A DNA stretch of 64,000 nucleotides from Candidatus Heimdallarchaeota archaeon (lineage in GTDB: Archaea; Asgardarchaeota; Heimdallarchaeia; Hodarchaeales; Hodarchaeaceae). The DNA lies in assembly GCA_048881705.1 (NCBI GenBank), contig JBHLSH010000001.1:1-64000 (forward strand). The letters run 5' to 3'. The notes beneath the pieces were generated by a model, which ran no database searches, was not told the origin of the DNA, and saw nothing but the letters and a program-made list of their open reading frames with translations. Both the position numbers and the translations under genes were made by a program. Below are positions 30,653 to 41,282 of the stretch, one piece after another. Numbering within the stretch: position 1 is the stretch's first letter; each line of letters opens with the position of its first letter.

Positions 30653-31783
30653 TTACCCATTTATGGGGTAAGGATGTAATATTCTCCCGCCATCCGGAGT
30701 CACTTGATAGACATCCTCAAACCTTGCACCTCCAACACCAGGGATAGCAAGTATGGTATGACCAATAGTCAGCGTCATGCTTTCACGCAGTTGGACATTA
30801 CGGTGTTTTTTGACAATGGTAGATGCAGGAGTCTCTTCAAATCGTAAACCAATGCCGTGAGAGATCCCATCGATATGATACTCCCCAAATCCACGATCTT
30901 GGCAAATTGATTTCCCCAAATTATCTAGCTCCCTGGGAGTCACCCCAGGTTTTAACATGAGGCGAGTTTGTTCTTTCATTTCGATGTAGGTCTCGATTAA
31001 TCGATTTGTTTGATCGTCCACGTGTCCAATGGTGAATGTACGAGCTAAATTAGCACAATAACCTTCAAATTGTGGAGTCAAATCAACAACAACCAGGTCT
31101 CCTTGTTGAATCGGATATCTGTCTATTTTTCCATGAATCCAACAGCTTCGTTTTCCCGCATTAACATAAATGGGAGTACTTGTTCCTTCCGCTCCCTCCT
31201 TCATCATAACATAGAGTGCTTCAGTTGCAAGTTCATGACCAGTGATTCCGGGTCGTAAGAGCTCCCTAACAACATCCATGCCCTTTCCTGCAATTGTTTG
31301 AGCCTTTTTCATCATTTCAATTTCATCAGGTTCCTTAACCAACCGTAATTCATCCATTACGGGAGCAGACGAAACCAATTCGAGTTTAGGATTTACTTGT
31401 CTAAATAAATCGACCAAAAAAGCGGGGGTGTGAAAAAACATTTGCATTCCAACCCTTGGTTTGGTATTTGATTGGCTAACGGCTTGGATGTCAGGATTCT
31501 GTATTATACCTTTGAATGAGGTTCTTACATCCATGATCTGTTCTCCGACGTGAGAGAAAATTTTAACGGGAACATTTCCAAGGGTCTCCTTCAATTCAGG
31601 TTCTTCTGCCTTAAAAGTGATCAGAATGGGTTCTCCAATAGCCGGTATAATGGCCCTAGGTTGAGCGCGGATATCCCCAAAGAAGTAGCGATAGTCATCA
31701 TAGTTCATTATCATTATTCCAACCATCCCCTCTTTGATCATTAATTGTTGGGCTCTTTCTATTCGCTTAAAGTTAATCTTCAT
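30653..31783 (-). CDS. M24 family Xaa-Pro aminopeptidase / prolidase
   Basis: Creatinase-like N-domain, IHG, VVDL..GYCANLART, HGIG, ARFED. Confidence 0.88.
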   Translation of the reverse strand: MKINFKRIERAQQLMIKEGMVGIMIMNYDDYRYFFGDIRAQPRAIIPAIGEPILITFKAEEPELKETLGNVPVKIFSHVGEQIMDVRTSFKGIIQNPDIQAVSQSNTKPRVGMQMFFHTPAFLVDLFRQVNPKLELVSSAPVMDELRLVKEPDEIEMMKKAQTIAGKGMDVVRELLRPGITGHELATEALYVMMKEGAEGTSTPIYVNAGKRSCWIHGKIDRYPIQQGDLVVVDLTPQFEGYCANLARTFTIGHVDDQTNRLIETYIEMKEQTRLMLKPGVTPRELDNLGKSICQDRGFGEYHIDGISHGIGLRFEETPASTIVKKHRNVQLRESMTLTIGHTILAIPGVGGARFEDVYQVTPDGGRILHPYPING

Positions 31784-32144
31784 GTAAACATCCCGTTTCG
31801 TATTCTTTCATGGGATAATAAGCAGTGATAGTTTCTCTTTAATTCTCTATACCAATGAAATTCAAACAGCCCCCCATCCTCCTGGTGTTAAATATTTATA
31901 TTTTCAAAAAATAGGGCCTATCAGCAAATTATCTAAGAAGTGTGACGTTATTTACTGATCAACATAGAAATAGGGGTCAATCCTCCGTATTCTGCAATTT
32001 TCTATGGCTGGTTAAGACTAATATCCAAGAATATTACTAATCATGTTCTTTTGGCAGTCACTCTTCGAAAAAAGTCAATAAATAAAGAGAAAAGATGAAG
32101 ACCCGTCTAGAAAATAGAAATCATAAAATCATCAAAGGAAGGAT

Positions 32145-33065
32145 GTGATTACAATGAAGATAAATAAGACACAACTATTCTACTCGTTTATCTTTTTGAT
32201 TTTTATTATACTCATTATCTCGATCAATACACTTGGCTACGACACACCATTGGCCACTTTTGTGGATGAATCAACGGTTACTGGCACTTATAAACTCATG
32301 TTCAACTTATTCGTGCAGCTGTTGGTTTGGATATTAATTGCTATGGTGTTGTTACTTATCTGGGGTTCTATGCTTGAAGTAATAACCCCAAGAATGACCA
32401 AAACTGTTATCAACACGCTAAGAGTGTTGGGTAGAATGATAATCGTCCCTTTCTGTATTATTGCTTATTTGAACAATTTTCCTGCTTTTCAAGGGACATT
32501 ATTGGGAATTTCAGCAATTTTAGGAACCGCCATTGGATTCGCTTCGACTACTACCCTAAGTAACTTCTTGGCAGGGCTTTATATTATGGCAACACGTCCT
32601 TTCCTGATCGGAGATTATATCATTCTTCCTGATAGTAAAGTGGAAGGACGTGTAAAAGAGATTACCGTGAATTATACTAAAATCACGTTGCCCACTGGTA
32701 ATACGATGCTGGTTTCGAATAGTAAATTTTTGGGGCAATCTATCATTAACACAAGAACCACTGAAGATTCTTTGATCCTTAAAAAAGATCAGAAATTACG
32801 TTTTGTGTATCCCTTAATGTGGGGGGCTAATTCGGATGAAAAACATGTTTGGTCTGTAGAAGCCATTGAAAAAACTGGCAAGGAATTTAATCAAAAACTA
32901 TCAGAGCCTATATCATGGTTTGTCTATTCGCGCAATAGACTGGATACAACTTTCCAGGTTAATTTGATCTCGAACAGTGCAACCAAGCTGTTGGATATAT
33001 CGGGGGAGTTTCTCACCGCATTGTCGAAGAATTATGATGAAACGAAGGAAAGATATAGGCATTAG
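32145..33065 (+). CDS. Small-conductance mechanosensitive channel (MscS family)
   Basis: AIGFAS..TLSNFLAGLYI..RPFLIGDYI..EGRVKEITVNYTKI..VSNSK. Confidence 0.85.
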   Translation: MITMKINKTQLFYSFIFLIFIILIISINTLGYDTPLATFVDESTVTGTYKLMFNLFVQLLVWILIAMVLLLIWGSMLEVITPRMTKTVINTLRVLGRMIIVPFCIIAYLNNFPAFQGTLLGISAILGTAIGFASTTTLSNFLAGLYIMATRPFLIGDYIILPDSKVEGRVKEITVNYTKITLPTGNTMLVSNSKFLGQSIINTRTTEDSLILKKDQKLRFVYPLMWGANSDEKHVWSVEAIEKTGKEFNQKLSEPISWFVYSRNRLDTTFQVNLISNSATKLLDISGEFLTALSKNYDETKERYRH

Positions 33066-33088
33066 CCTCCTTTTGATTTGTCGTTGGC

Positions 33089-34486
33089 CTATTTACTCGT
33101 CTTTCGAAAGAGTTGCCTATTCCAGATAGCAGATTGTCGAGATTTCACAGGAGTGGGTACTAATTCGGGACCTTGTCCTGCGTTAGACCTAAAATCTTTG
33201 AATAAGAAGTTGCGCCGAGGATGTACGATAGATCCTGGAAACATAGGTTCTTTAACTCTGGCTAAAAGGGCAAGCGTAAACAGCGTAAGCATGGATCTTA
33301 TCATAAAGATTGAAACAACATTCTGTAGTATTTCTGTAAGGATACCTCCGACTAAGGCACCAATGAACATTGTCAAACCTGTTATGGTATTGTAGGCCGC
33401 AATAAGAGGGAGACGGTATTGTGGATGGATGAGATCCAGTAAAAAAACTGAAATCGATCCATTCACGATTCCCCAACCAGATCCTAGAATGATCCAAGAA
33501 ATTATACACCACAAGAATGTGGGGACGTTCAGGTAGTACGGGATAATTACTGAGATAGTTGCAAAAGAAACCAAGACGATTCCAATCAATAACGGGAATC
33601 TACGTCCATACCTATCTAAAAGCTGAACTTTACTTATATACAAACTTGCAAGGAATTGGGCAGCTGTGGTGACACTAGTAAGAATAGATGCCATGAAAAA
33701 GGAAAAGCCATAAATCTCAATCGATAGTATAACAAAGAATGGACCAGCAAGATAAACCGCAAAATAGTATATTCCCGCAAAATTACAAAAAACCCAAAAA
33801 TTTAAAAACTTAGTAAGATAAATTTTTGCGATTTTATAGAAATCCAAACGAGAGGGAGTAGAATTATAGATAATGCTATTCTCGATTATATCAGAAGGGC
33901 CGATTCTTTTCATAGACGGATTTTCGTAAACAGTTAGATGAAATAAACCAGACGAAAGGAATCCCAAAAAGATTGTCCAACCAAATGCGATCAAAAATGC
34001 GGTCTCCCATTCAAACTCTAGACTATCTGTAATAAAACTGATCAAGGTACCTCCTGCTAAAGTACCCAAAAAGACACCCAGAAGCCCAATTCGTGTAAAA
34101 AAAGTAATTCTCGACGCGCGTTCCCGCAGAGGAATCTGCTCTGCCAATATAGAACCCAGGGTTGGGGCGGCAGAAGAATGAAAAATCGCTTGAAACGTCC
34201 GAATGATAATTAAAACGGTCATCTGACCAGTCTTAAGCAACATCATGGGTATAAATAATAGTGAATTTCCAATCCAACCTAACACAACAAAGATTTTCAG
34301 TCTTCTAAGTCTCTGTGATAAATAAGCCCAAAAAAATTGGAACAAACTTGCAAGGGAAAACAACCCAGTCATTAATCCTATCTCGCTTATTGATCCTCCA
34401 ATTACGCGCGCGTATATGGGCATAAATTGGTCTACCCCTCCTCTACCAACGCTTTCAACGAAATTAGCTAAGAATAACCCCGTCAA
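33089..34486 (-). CDS. MFS transporter
   Basis: About 12 TM helices; motif-A-like LSQRLRRLK and LDRYGRR. Confidence 0.85.
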   Translation of the reverse strand: MTGLFLANFVESVGRGGVDQFMPIYARVIGGSISEIGLMTGLFSLASLFQFFWAYLSQRLRRLKIFVVLGWIGNSLLFIPMMLLKTGQMTVLIIIRTFQAIFHSSAAPTLGSILAEQIPLRERASRITFFTRIGLLGVFLGTLAGGTLISFITDSLEFEWETAFLIAFGWTIFLGFLSSGLFHLTVYENPSMKRIGPSDIIENSIIYNSTPSRLDFYKIAKIYLTKFLNFWVFCNFAGIYYFAVYLAGPFFVILSIEIYGFSFFMASILTSVTTAAQFLASLYISKVQLLDRYGRRFPLLIGIVLVSFATISVIIPYYLNVPTFLWCIISWIILGSGWGIVNGSISVFLLDLIHPQYRLPLIAAYNTITGLTMFIGALVGGILTEILQNVVSIFMIRSMLTLFTLALLARVKEPMFPGSIVHPRRNFLFKDFRSNAGQGPELVPTPVKSRQSAIWNRQLFRKTSK

Positions 34487-35319
34487 TCTCGTGTCGGGCC
34501 GTTTGAACCGATCCTCAAGCTCAAATCCGAATTATTCACAAATGTTCCATGATCACTACTTCTTATTAAAAGCTTCCGTAGGTACTACTAAAGCAAACAA
34601 TCTCTTTTTGGATATTGTAAAATTCCTAATATCTCCAATTCTCTGTAATACAAGACAAAGTTTACTCAAATCCTAAGTTGAGAGCTGTTATTGTTAATCG
34701 TATAACTTCCTAAAGGAAAATCCTTTTCGATCTTGTGTGAATACGATGCCCAATCAGGTTTTTATTCAGCCATGACATTCTAAACGGATTTCTCCCAGCG
34801 TTAGATCGAAAAGCGTTTTTAAACACCGCAACAGGTAGAATTGTGGATTTTTTCCATGAAAACGAACAAATTTTTTACAGATTGTTGGTTCAGCTCCGAA
34901 TCTTCATAGTTTTCGGCAGTATGAACCTGAACCTTATATAAATCGTGATTAGAAAATATTCATGCTTGATGAAGTGAAATTAAACCTTAAAATGGTGCGA
35001 ATTTAACATCAACTTCTATTCACTCCATATTAAAAAAATTCCTCCCGATCTCTTACTGATAGTTAATCTGATGGGGTGATCGCGCCACTAGACATACCCC
35101 ATTAAGAGTTAAGAAGATTGAAAGGCATTGGGCACCCCGATCGATGATTATAAATCTGGAAACGAAACGAACTGCAAATGATTGGAGATCTAGGATAGCA
35201 CTCCGTTAGAAAAAGTAGTTGAATTTCACGGAAAAAAGGATGAAAGTTGTACTGTAGGTCTGTGTTTGAAGGAATTCAATAGAATTTTGTTAGGGAATAC
35301 CGATCTGGAATGAAAAGTT

Positions 35320-36693
35320 ATGAAATCGAGCTCCATACGAATCCAACAAACTAAAAGCCCGTTAATCATGCTTCGAAGACCTTTCAAGGATTTCTTGAAA
35401 ACAGAAGCCTTTAGTGGTATTCTGCTCGTGATATGCACCGTACTAGCACTGGTAATCGCCAACTCTCAACTTTCACATGACTATTTTGAGCTATGGGAAG
35501 TGGATCTCGAAATCACGGTAGGTTCTTTCACTTTCGGGAAGCCATTGCATCTTTGGATAAATGATGGATTAATGGCCTTGTTTTTCTTTGTAGTCGGACT
35601 TGAAATCAAAAGAGAGTTACTTGTAGGAGAACTCAAATCGCCTAAAAAAGCTTTATTGCCAATAGCTGGCGCAATGGGAGGAATGATCATGCCTGCAATC
35701 CTATACAGTCTTATAAATCTGAATAATCCAAGTGGAGCTAGAGGGTGGGGAATTGCGATGGCTACTGACATTGCATTCGTGATCGGCGTGATGGCGCTTT
35801 TAGGTACAAGAGTACCCCATACCTTGAAAATATTTCTCACAAGTCTCGCCATTGTAGATGACATTGGTGCCGTATTAGTAATAGCGGTATTTTATTCTCA
35901 AACACTTGATTATACATTCTTGTTGATTGCCGCAGGGCTGTTTCTCTGTCTGCTTATAATTAATCAGCGAGGGGTTCAAAATCATATTGTATATGGAATA
36001 TTAGGTATATTGCTATGGTATTTTATGTTCTCAAGTGGTCTGCATGCAACACTTGCAGGGATCCTCGTTGCACTAACAGTGCCAGCTCAAACTAGAATGA
36101 ATCCAGAGGAATTCATTCAGGAAGGACAATCAATATTGGATAGATTTAAAGCAGCAGGACGTCGCGATAAAGAAATCCTCTTAAATCGACAGCATTTGGC
36201 AGCTTTAAAAACGTTAGAGCTAGCGGTTTTAGATGTTCAAACTCCTTTACAACGTTTTGAACGAGCTCTTCACTATTGGGTAGGATTTGCTGTTATGCCT
36301 TTGTTTATCTTTGCGAATGCAGGTATCACCATTGAAAGGATCGATCTTGAGATGTTTTTTGAGCCAGTGAGCTTAGGAGTCATCATTGGTTTAATCCTAG
36401 GAAAACCACTAGGAATATCTCTATTTTCATGGATCGCAGTAAAAATCGGATTGGCTGACCTACCATCAGGTTTGACGTGGAGTTATATATATGGGGGTTC
36501 GTGTTTAGGTGGAATTGGCTTTACGATGTCATTGTTTATTGCAGGTCTGGCATTAATTAGCCCAACCAATTTAATCATGGCAAAAATTGGAATAATCACT
36601 GCTTCGCTTATATCTGGAATCGTAGGATTTGTAATATTACGTTATATGGGGATAAGAGCTCAGAAAAAACATGAAGAAACCAATATACAATAA
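35320..36693 (+). CDS. nhaA: Na+/H+ antiporter NhaA
   Basis: WINDGLMALFFFVVGLEIKRE, GWGIAMATDIAF, LAIVDDIGA, SGLHATLAG, GKPLGI, GIGFTMSLFI. Confidence 0.95.
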   Translation: MKSSSIRIQQTKSPLIMLRRPFKDFLKTEAFSGILLVICTVLALVIANSQLSHDYFELWEVDLEITVGSFTFGKPLHLWINDGLMALFFFVVGLEIKRELLVGELKSPKKALLPIAGAMGGMIMPAILYSLINLNNPSGARGWGIAMATDIAFVIGVMALLGTRVPHTLKIFLTSLAIVDDIGAVLVIAVFYSQTLDYTFLLIAAGLFLCLLIINQRGVQNHIVYGILGILLWYFMFSSGLHATLAGILVALTVPAQTRMNPEEFIQEGQSILDRFKAAGRRDKEILLNRQHLAALKTLELAVLDVQTPLQRFERALHYWVGFAVMPLFIFANAGITIERIDLEMFFEPVSLGVIIGLILGKPLGISLFSWIAVKIGLADLPSGLTWSYIYGGSCLGGIGFTMSLFIAGLALISPTNLIMAKIGIITASLISGIVGFVILRYMGIRAQKKHEETNIQ

Positions 36694-37552
36694 TCAGTTT
36701 AAGGAGATGGTAGAAATCATAAGCCAAGTTCCCTCCTTGGAAGGATTACAAGCATTTCTGACAGCTTTTACCGTTCAAGATTACGTAGTTATTTTCATTC
36801 TGGTTTGGATCTTGGGTAGGGCATTCAAATATATATTCAAAAAAACACCCCGTATCAATGCAGATGTAAAAAACGGATTACTGGTACTTGTTGCATTCTC
36901 ACAATTTACAATTTTACTCTTAGCTACCGCACTTCTACTCTCAAACCTTGGAGTTCAGTTCGAAATCATTCTTGGTTCAATGGCAATTCTAGCCACTGCT
37001 ATCGGCGTGTCGTTTACAGGAGTTGCCGCCAATTTTATAGGGGGAATGTACATTTTAACTACCAGACCATTTAGAGTGGGTGATTTTATAAAAACACAAG
37101 GGATTGAAGGAATAGTTGAAGAGATTGGGATTAATTTCACTCGTTTAACCACAATGGACAGGACGATAGTCAAGATCCCAAATGGAAATCTACTAAACAC
37201 TTCATTATTGAACTTTACAGAAAGAACCGAAAATTCGAATTTTACAACGTCCTCGGGCTTATCAAGGCAATTCGTGACCTATAAAAAGATGATTGAGTTA
37301 AAACTAGATATCACTACTCCACCTATATCGATCAAACGAGTAAGGGAAGGTGTGGATCACGTCTGTAATGAGTTTGGATCTGTGTTTGGGGTCAAACCAG
37401 AGTATTATCTTGGACGACACGACTTTAGACAGGAAATTTACCTGATTATTCGTGCAATTGATGGATATACCATTTTTAATGTGTGGCCATACTTTATGGA
37501 GAGAATTGCAACAGCGGTTTATCAAGAATTACAGCAGGAGATATCTTTATGA
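36671..37552 (+). CDS. MscS family mechanosensitive channel
   Basis: ANFIGGMYILTTRPFRVGDFI..EGIVEEIGINFTRL..IPNG. Confidence 0.85.
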   Translation: MKKPIYNNQFKEMVEIISQVPSLEGLQAFLTAFTVQDYVVIFILVWILGRAFKYIFKKTPRINADVKNGLLVLVAFSQFTILLLATALLLSNLGVQFEIILGSMAILATAIGVSFTGVAANFIGGMYILTTRPFRVGDFIKTQGIEGIVEEIGINFTRLTTMDRTIVKIPNGNLLNTSLLNFTERTENSNFTTSSGLSRQFVTYKKMIELKLDITTPPISIKRVREGVDHVCNEFGSVFGVKPEYYLGRHDFRQEIYLIIRAIDGYTIFNVWPYFMERIATAVYQELQQEISL

Positions 37553-38391
37553 TTTTTCAAGATCACACGGAATTCCTTTTCACCATAGGGATCAAGATAT
37601 CTTTGATTGTCGGAATTAGTTTATTCGTATTAACTGTTCAGCGAATACTTCAAGTATTTATAGGTAGATATTTGGTTAAAAATGCCAGAATCTCTTTGGA
37701 CATGGTCAATAGTTTAAAATTGCTTGTTAGAATTGGTACACTTGTCATTATTTTTTATTCATCCCTAGTTATCTTTGAATACTCTATAGAATCTATATTT
37801 GGATTTTCAACAGTGATTGGGGCCCTAGTTTCCTTTGGATCAGTCCAATGGGTAAGTAATTTTATTGCAGGGGTTTACTTGTTATTTCTTCGGCCTTTCA
37901 GCATCAACGATTTCCTCCAAGTAGGAGCAGATATCAGAGGAACTGTGGAAGAGCTATCCTTAAACTATACCAAAATCAGGACCATAAACGGAATTTATTA
38001 CCATATTCCTAACCGGGTTGTCGTAAAATCAAACCTTAAGCTCTTTTATGGGAAAAAGAAAAGGATTATTGGGGCTGAAGGTTTAGACAGGCAGTCTAAG
38101 GACCTAGTGATACATAGATTTCGGGATTTGGCTAGGTACTTGCTCGAAGAACGAACAATACGTTATACTTTTCTCTGGGGAGCCCCCATAGGTGATATCC
38201 AGGTTTCAAAAAGAAATATACTTGAGGTGTGTGAAATTTACGCTGGAGTTTTCGGTTACACCCCCGAATATTATCTTGAATCCTTAGGGAACAGAATGTT
38301 CTTTAGATTCATCATCGAAACTCTAAATACACATTTATTAGTAGAAAATATCCATGATTTCAGAAATGACATAATATCAAAGTTTCACTAA
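37549..38391 (+). CDS. MscS family mechanosensitive channel (start set at the ATG overlapping the upstream TGA)
   Basis: SNFIAGVYLLFLRPFSINDFL..GTVEELSLNYTKI..IPN; ATGA overlap at 37549-37552. Confidence 0.85.
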   Translation: MIFQDHTEFLFTIGIKISLIVGISLFVLTVQRILQVFIGRYLVKNARISLDMVNSLKLLVRIGTLVIIFYSSLVIFEYSIESIFGFSTVIGALVSFGSVQWVSNFIAGVYLLFLRPFSINDFLQVGADIRGTVEELSLNYTKIRTINGIYYHIPNRVVVKSNLKLFYGKKKRIIGAEGLDRQSKDLVIHRFRDLARYLLEERTIRYTFLWGAPIGDIQVSKRNILEVCEIYAGVFGYTPEYYLESLGNRMFFRFIIETLNTHLLVENIHDFRNDIISKFH

Positions 38392-38418
38392 GAAATCGGA
38401 TGATAATTTGTCTTCATG

Positions 38419-38679
38419 TCACAAATCTTTGAACCAAAGACCTAATTGCACTAATTGTAAGGCAATCCGAAGATTGGGAATTATTTGAAACCCCGAATGT
38501 AACATGAAACGATAAAGAATATGTATCCCCTGAGTGACTGTTCGTAGTCCTACGACAGTATTTAAATACAAAAAGCTCGGCAATTGATGAGGTTCTTTCG
38601 ATGAAAAAAGTCGAATCGTATCAAGATCTTTACTACGCGTGGATGCTTTTTCAAGCGCTAAGAGAATCCAGAAATCCAA
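38419..38679 (-). CDS. Possible small hypothetical protein (86 aa)
   Basis: ATG ORF in an otherwise empty gap between mscS and corA; no motif. Confidence 0.3.
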   Translation of the reverse strand: MDFWILLALEKASTRSKDLDTIRLFSSKEPHQLPSFLYLNTVVGLRTVTQGIHILYRFMLHSGFQIIPNLRIALQLVQLGLWFKDL

Positions 38680-38794
38680 GATTCATTGAACTGAGAGAAA
38701 GATTACGAACGGAAATTGAAGATTTTTGCGGAAAATAATGTCACACTGGTGATACATACACAATCAAGTTAGAAATACCATTTTTGGGACCTAG

Positions 38795-39874
38795 ATGGGC
38801 TTGTTAAGAAAGACACAATTGATTAAACGAAGGACGAAAAAGTTAGGGCTGCCTCCAGGAAGCCCCGTGTTCGTTGGTCGCAAAAAAACGGACAAAACAA
38901 CACTAACACTTCTTCGATATGATAAGGATAATTCTGAGGAAATTGGTTTAGATGAGATTAGGGAGGTTACAAGGTATGAAGAGCAAAGAAAAGTTTTTTG
39001 GATCAATATCGATGGCTTGCATGATATAAGAGTAATCGGGGAGATCGGTAACACTTTTTCTATTGATCCCCTTCTGATTGAAGATATATTAAACACTGAT
39101 CAAAGACCAAAATTAGATGAATATACCGAAACTATCTTTATCACCGTAAAAACGCTGGATTATCTCCCCGAATATGATGCAATCACAGTAGAACAGATTA
39201 GTATGGTTCTAACCAAAAATTACGTTCTTACGTTTTTGGAAGCTCCTAATGAACTTTTTGATCCAATAAAAAACCGAATTAAGAGCTATAAAGGGAAAAT
39301 CAGACACTCAGGTTCCGATTATCTCTTTTATAGCCTCCTCGATCTAATCGTAGACAAATATTTCGTGGTTTTGGAAAAGCTTAGTAATAGAATTGAAAGG
39401 TTAGAAACCGATCTAATTTCAAACCCGAACACGGAGACCTTACATACCATTTATGACCTCAAAACGAATTTACTGCATCTTCGTAGGGCCGTATGGCCCC
39501 TAAGGGATGTTGTAAGTCGTTTAGAACGAGCTGGTTCAAACCTGATTCAGACGAACACTCGCCGATACGTTCGTGACATTTATGATCATACAATTCAAAT
39601 CATAGAGACTCTAGAAATCCTGAGAGACATGATCAACGGAATGATGGAAATCTATCTTTCTAGTACTAGTAACAGAATGAATGAGATAATGAAAGTTCTA
39701 ACGATCATTGCAACCATTACAATTCCATTAACAGTTATTTCGGGAATTTATGGAATGAATTTCAGATATATGCCAGAACTAGAATGGATTTTTGGTTATC
39801 CGTTGGCACTATTATTAATGCTGATTGTAGTAATTACAATGATAACCTACTTTCGGACGAAAAAATGGTTTTAA
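38795..39874 (+). CDS. corA: Magnesium/cobalt transporter CorA
   Basis: GLPPGS, WINIDGL, EDILNTDQRPK, NEIMKVLT, signature GIYGMNF, MPELEW. Confidence 0.95.
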   Translation: MGLLRKTQLIKRRTKKLGLPPGSPVFVGRKKTDKTTLTLLRYDKDNSEEIGLDEIREVTRYEEQRKVFWINIDGLHDIRVIGEIGNTFSIDPLLIEDILNTDQRPKLDEYTETIFITVKTLDYLPEYDAITVEQISMVLTKNYVLTFLEAPNELFDPIKNRIKSYKGKIRHSGSDYLFYSLLDLIVDKYFVVLEKLSNRIERLETDLISNPNTETLHTIYDLKTNLLHLRRAVWPLRDVVSRLERAGSNLIQTNTRRYVRDIYDHTIQIIETLEILRDMINGMMEIYLSSTSNRMNEIMKVLTIIATITIPLTVISGIYGMNFRYMPELEWIFGYPLALLLMLIVVITMITYFRTKKWF

Positions 39875-39989
39875 GGTATGTATTGAACTCAAGATCTGAT
39901 TCTGTTCTTTTTTCCAGTATTTCGATCAGATATAAAGCAGCAGACAAATAGGTGTATTGATGCTAAACTTCATTAATCTTGCTAATAAG

Positions 39990-40151
39990 TTATCTTTTTT
40001 TCTTTTTTATTCGTTTAAGTTCATCTTTCAGTTCTAATTTTCTTTTCAGTAATTTCTGACGGGATTTGATACCCGTTATAGTACTCAAATGTCTATCAAT
40101 AATCTGCAATTCCTTGCTAATAGATTTCACTTTTCTATCTGTCATCTTCAT
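39990..40151 (-). CDS. Small very basic coiled-coil protein (53 aa), not in the ORF track
   Basis: MKMTDRKVKSISKELQIIDRHLSTITGIKSRQKLLKRKLELKDELKRIKKKKR*. Confidence 0.5.
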   Translation of the reverse strand: MKMTDRKVKSISKELQIIDRHLSTITGIKSRQKLLKRKLELKDELKRIKKKKR

Positions 40152-40617
40152 AAACTACAACAATCCATGAAATTTCCTGAATCGACCTAATGGCATATCC
40201 AAAGGAAAATGAATGAGGTAACTACTTGGACTGAATTTTTTTCATACGTTTCTCCGGCTTTACCAACTATGCTGACAGGACTCATTCCAGTGACCTTATC
40301 ATCCAGAATCTAGATTATTATTTGCCAATGATGAAATATGGAAATGAAAACAGAATCCCCCGACGGCAAATTGAGAGGATTTGAGTAAAGTGAAAAAATC
40401 AAGGAAAAACAACTCCATTCATTTTTCGATCGATTTTTGGATTTATCTGTATTTTTCGGTGAAGGGCTCATTCCTTTAAATTTACCCATCCTATTCCGCC
40501 TCATTGAGATCTAATCAACAGCGGGATCAAAAGAAATCCAATTTTAAACTCTCCTCACTTAGTTTTAAGGCGGCTATCTTCAAAATTAGGTTCAATCCAA
40601 TACCTATTAGCTAGTCA

Positions 40618-40770
40618 TTATTCGTCTTGGTATCTACTAAAATCCTCATCGTAATCCTCATAATAATCTTCATCGTCGTCCTAATCGCAATCCTCGTCAG
40701 AGTCCTCATCATCGTTCTCAGCGTGTTCTTCTGATCCGATGATTCGTTTAGTGGGTTTTATTTTACTCAT
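40618..40770 (-). pseudogene. Small hyper-acidic ORF (50 codons) with an in-frame TAG at codon 30
   Basis: MSKIKPTKRIIGSEEHAENDDEDSDEDCD(TAG)DDDEDYYEDYDEDFSRYQDE(TAA); the D/E/Y composition continues unchanged across the TAG at 40683-40681. Confidence 0.5.
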
Positions 40771-40790
40771 TTTATATCTACCACGCTTAT

Positions 40791-40859
40791 TCAGGATTGT
40801 GTCCATGTCCGTATATATAGAAGAGCCATGAGCCAAAGAGCCAACTCAAATATATCCAT
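40791..40859 (-). CDS. Possible 22-aa hydrophobic peptide
   Basis: MDIFELALWLMALLYIRTWTQS*, with AAGGT upstream; ends 20 nt before the acidic ORF. Confidence 0.25.
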   Translation of the reverse strand: MDIFELALWLMALLYIRTWTQS

Positions 40860-41282
40860 ATTTTAACCTTTTCAATTTTAAGAGTTAACGTATCTATCAA
40901 GATTGAGATGTGTATTGGGTGTTCGTAACCCAGCATGGGGAACGTGCCTAGTCTGGTTTCGTACACTATCCCTGTAAACAGTTTATGATAAAAACGAGGA
41001 AATAGTGGTCTGCATACTTCACTCGGTTAATCATGTACTAGTACATTCTTGTTTCGTTAAGACCGTTGAAAAACCAGCTTCCTTCAGTATTTTCATTCAG
41101 GATGCATAAGGATTTCATAAGATAGCTGTGATCTATATTTTCAGCATCAAATACTGTATGATTTAACAGCATTTAATTGAAAGACCCATGAGATGACATT
41201 TGGAGGTTAATAGCATATCATCGAACTTATGTTTACTTAGAACACCTGTTAAACTGATATGTATTAGGAAAAACCATTCAGA

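Noticed and set aside
40310-40504. 64-aa minus-strand ORF
   Set aside because: No convincing composition or motif, so I did not count it among the small-ORF cluster.
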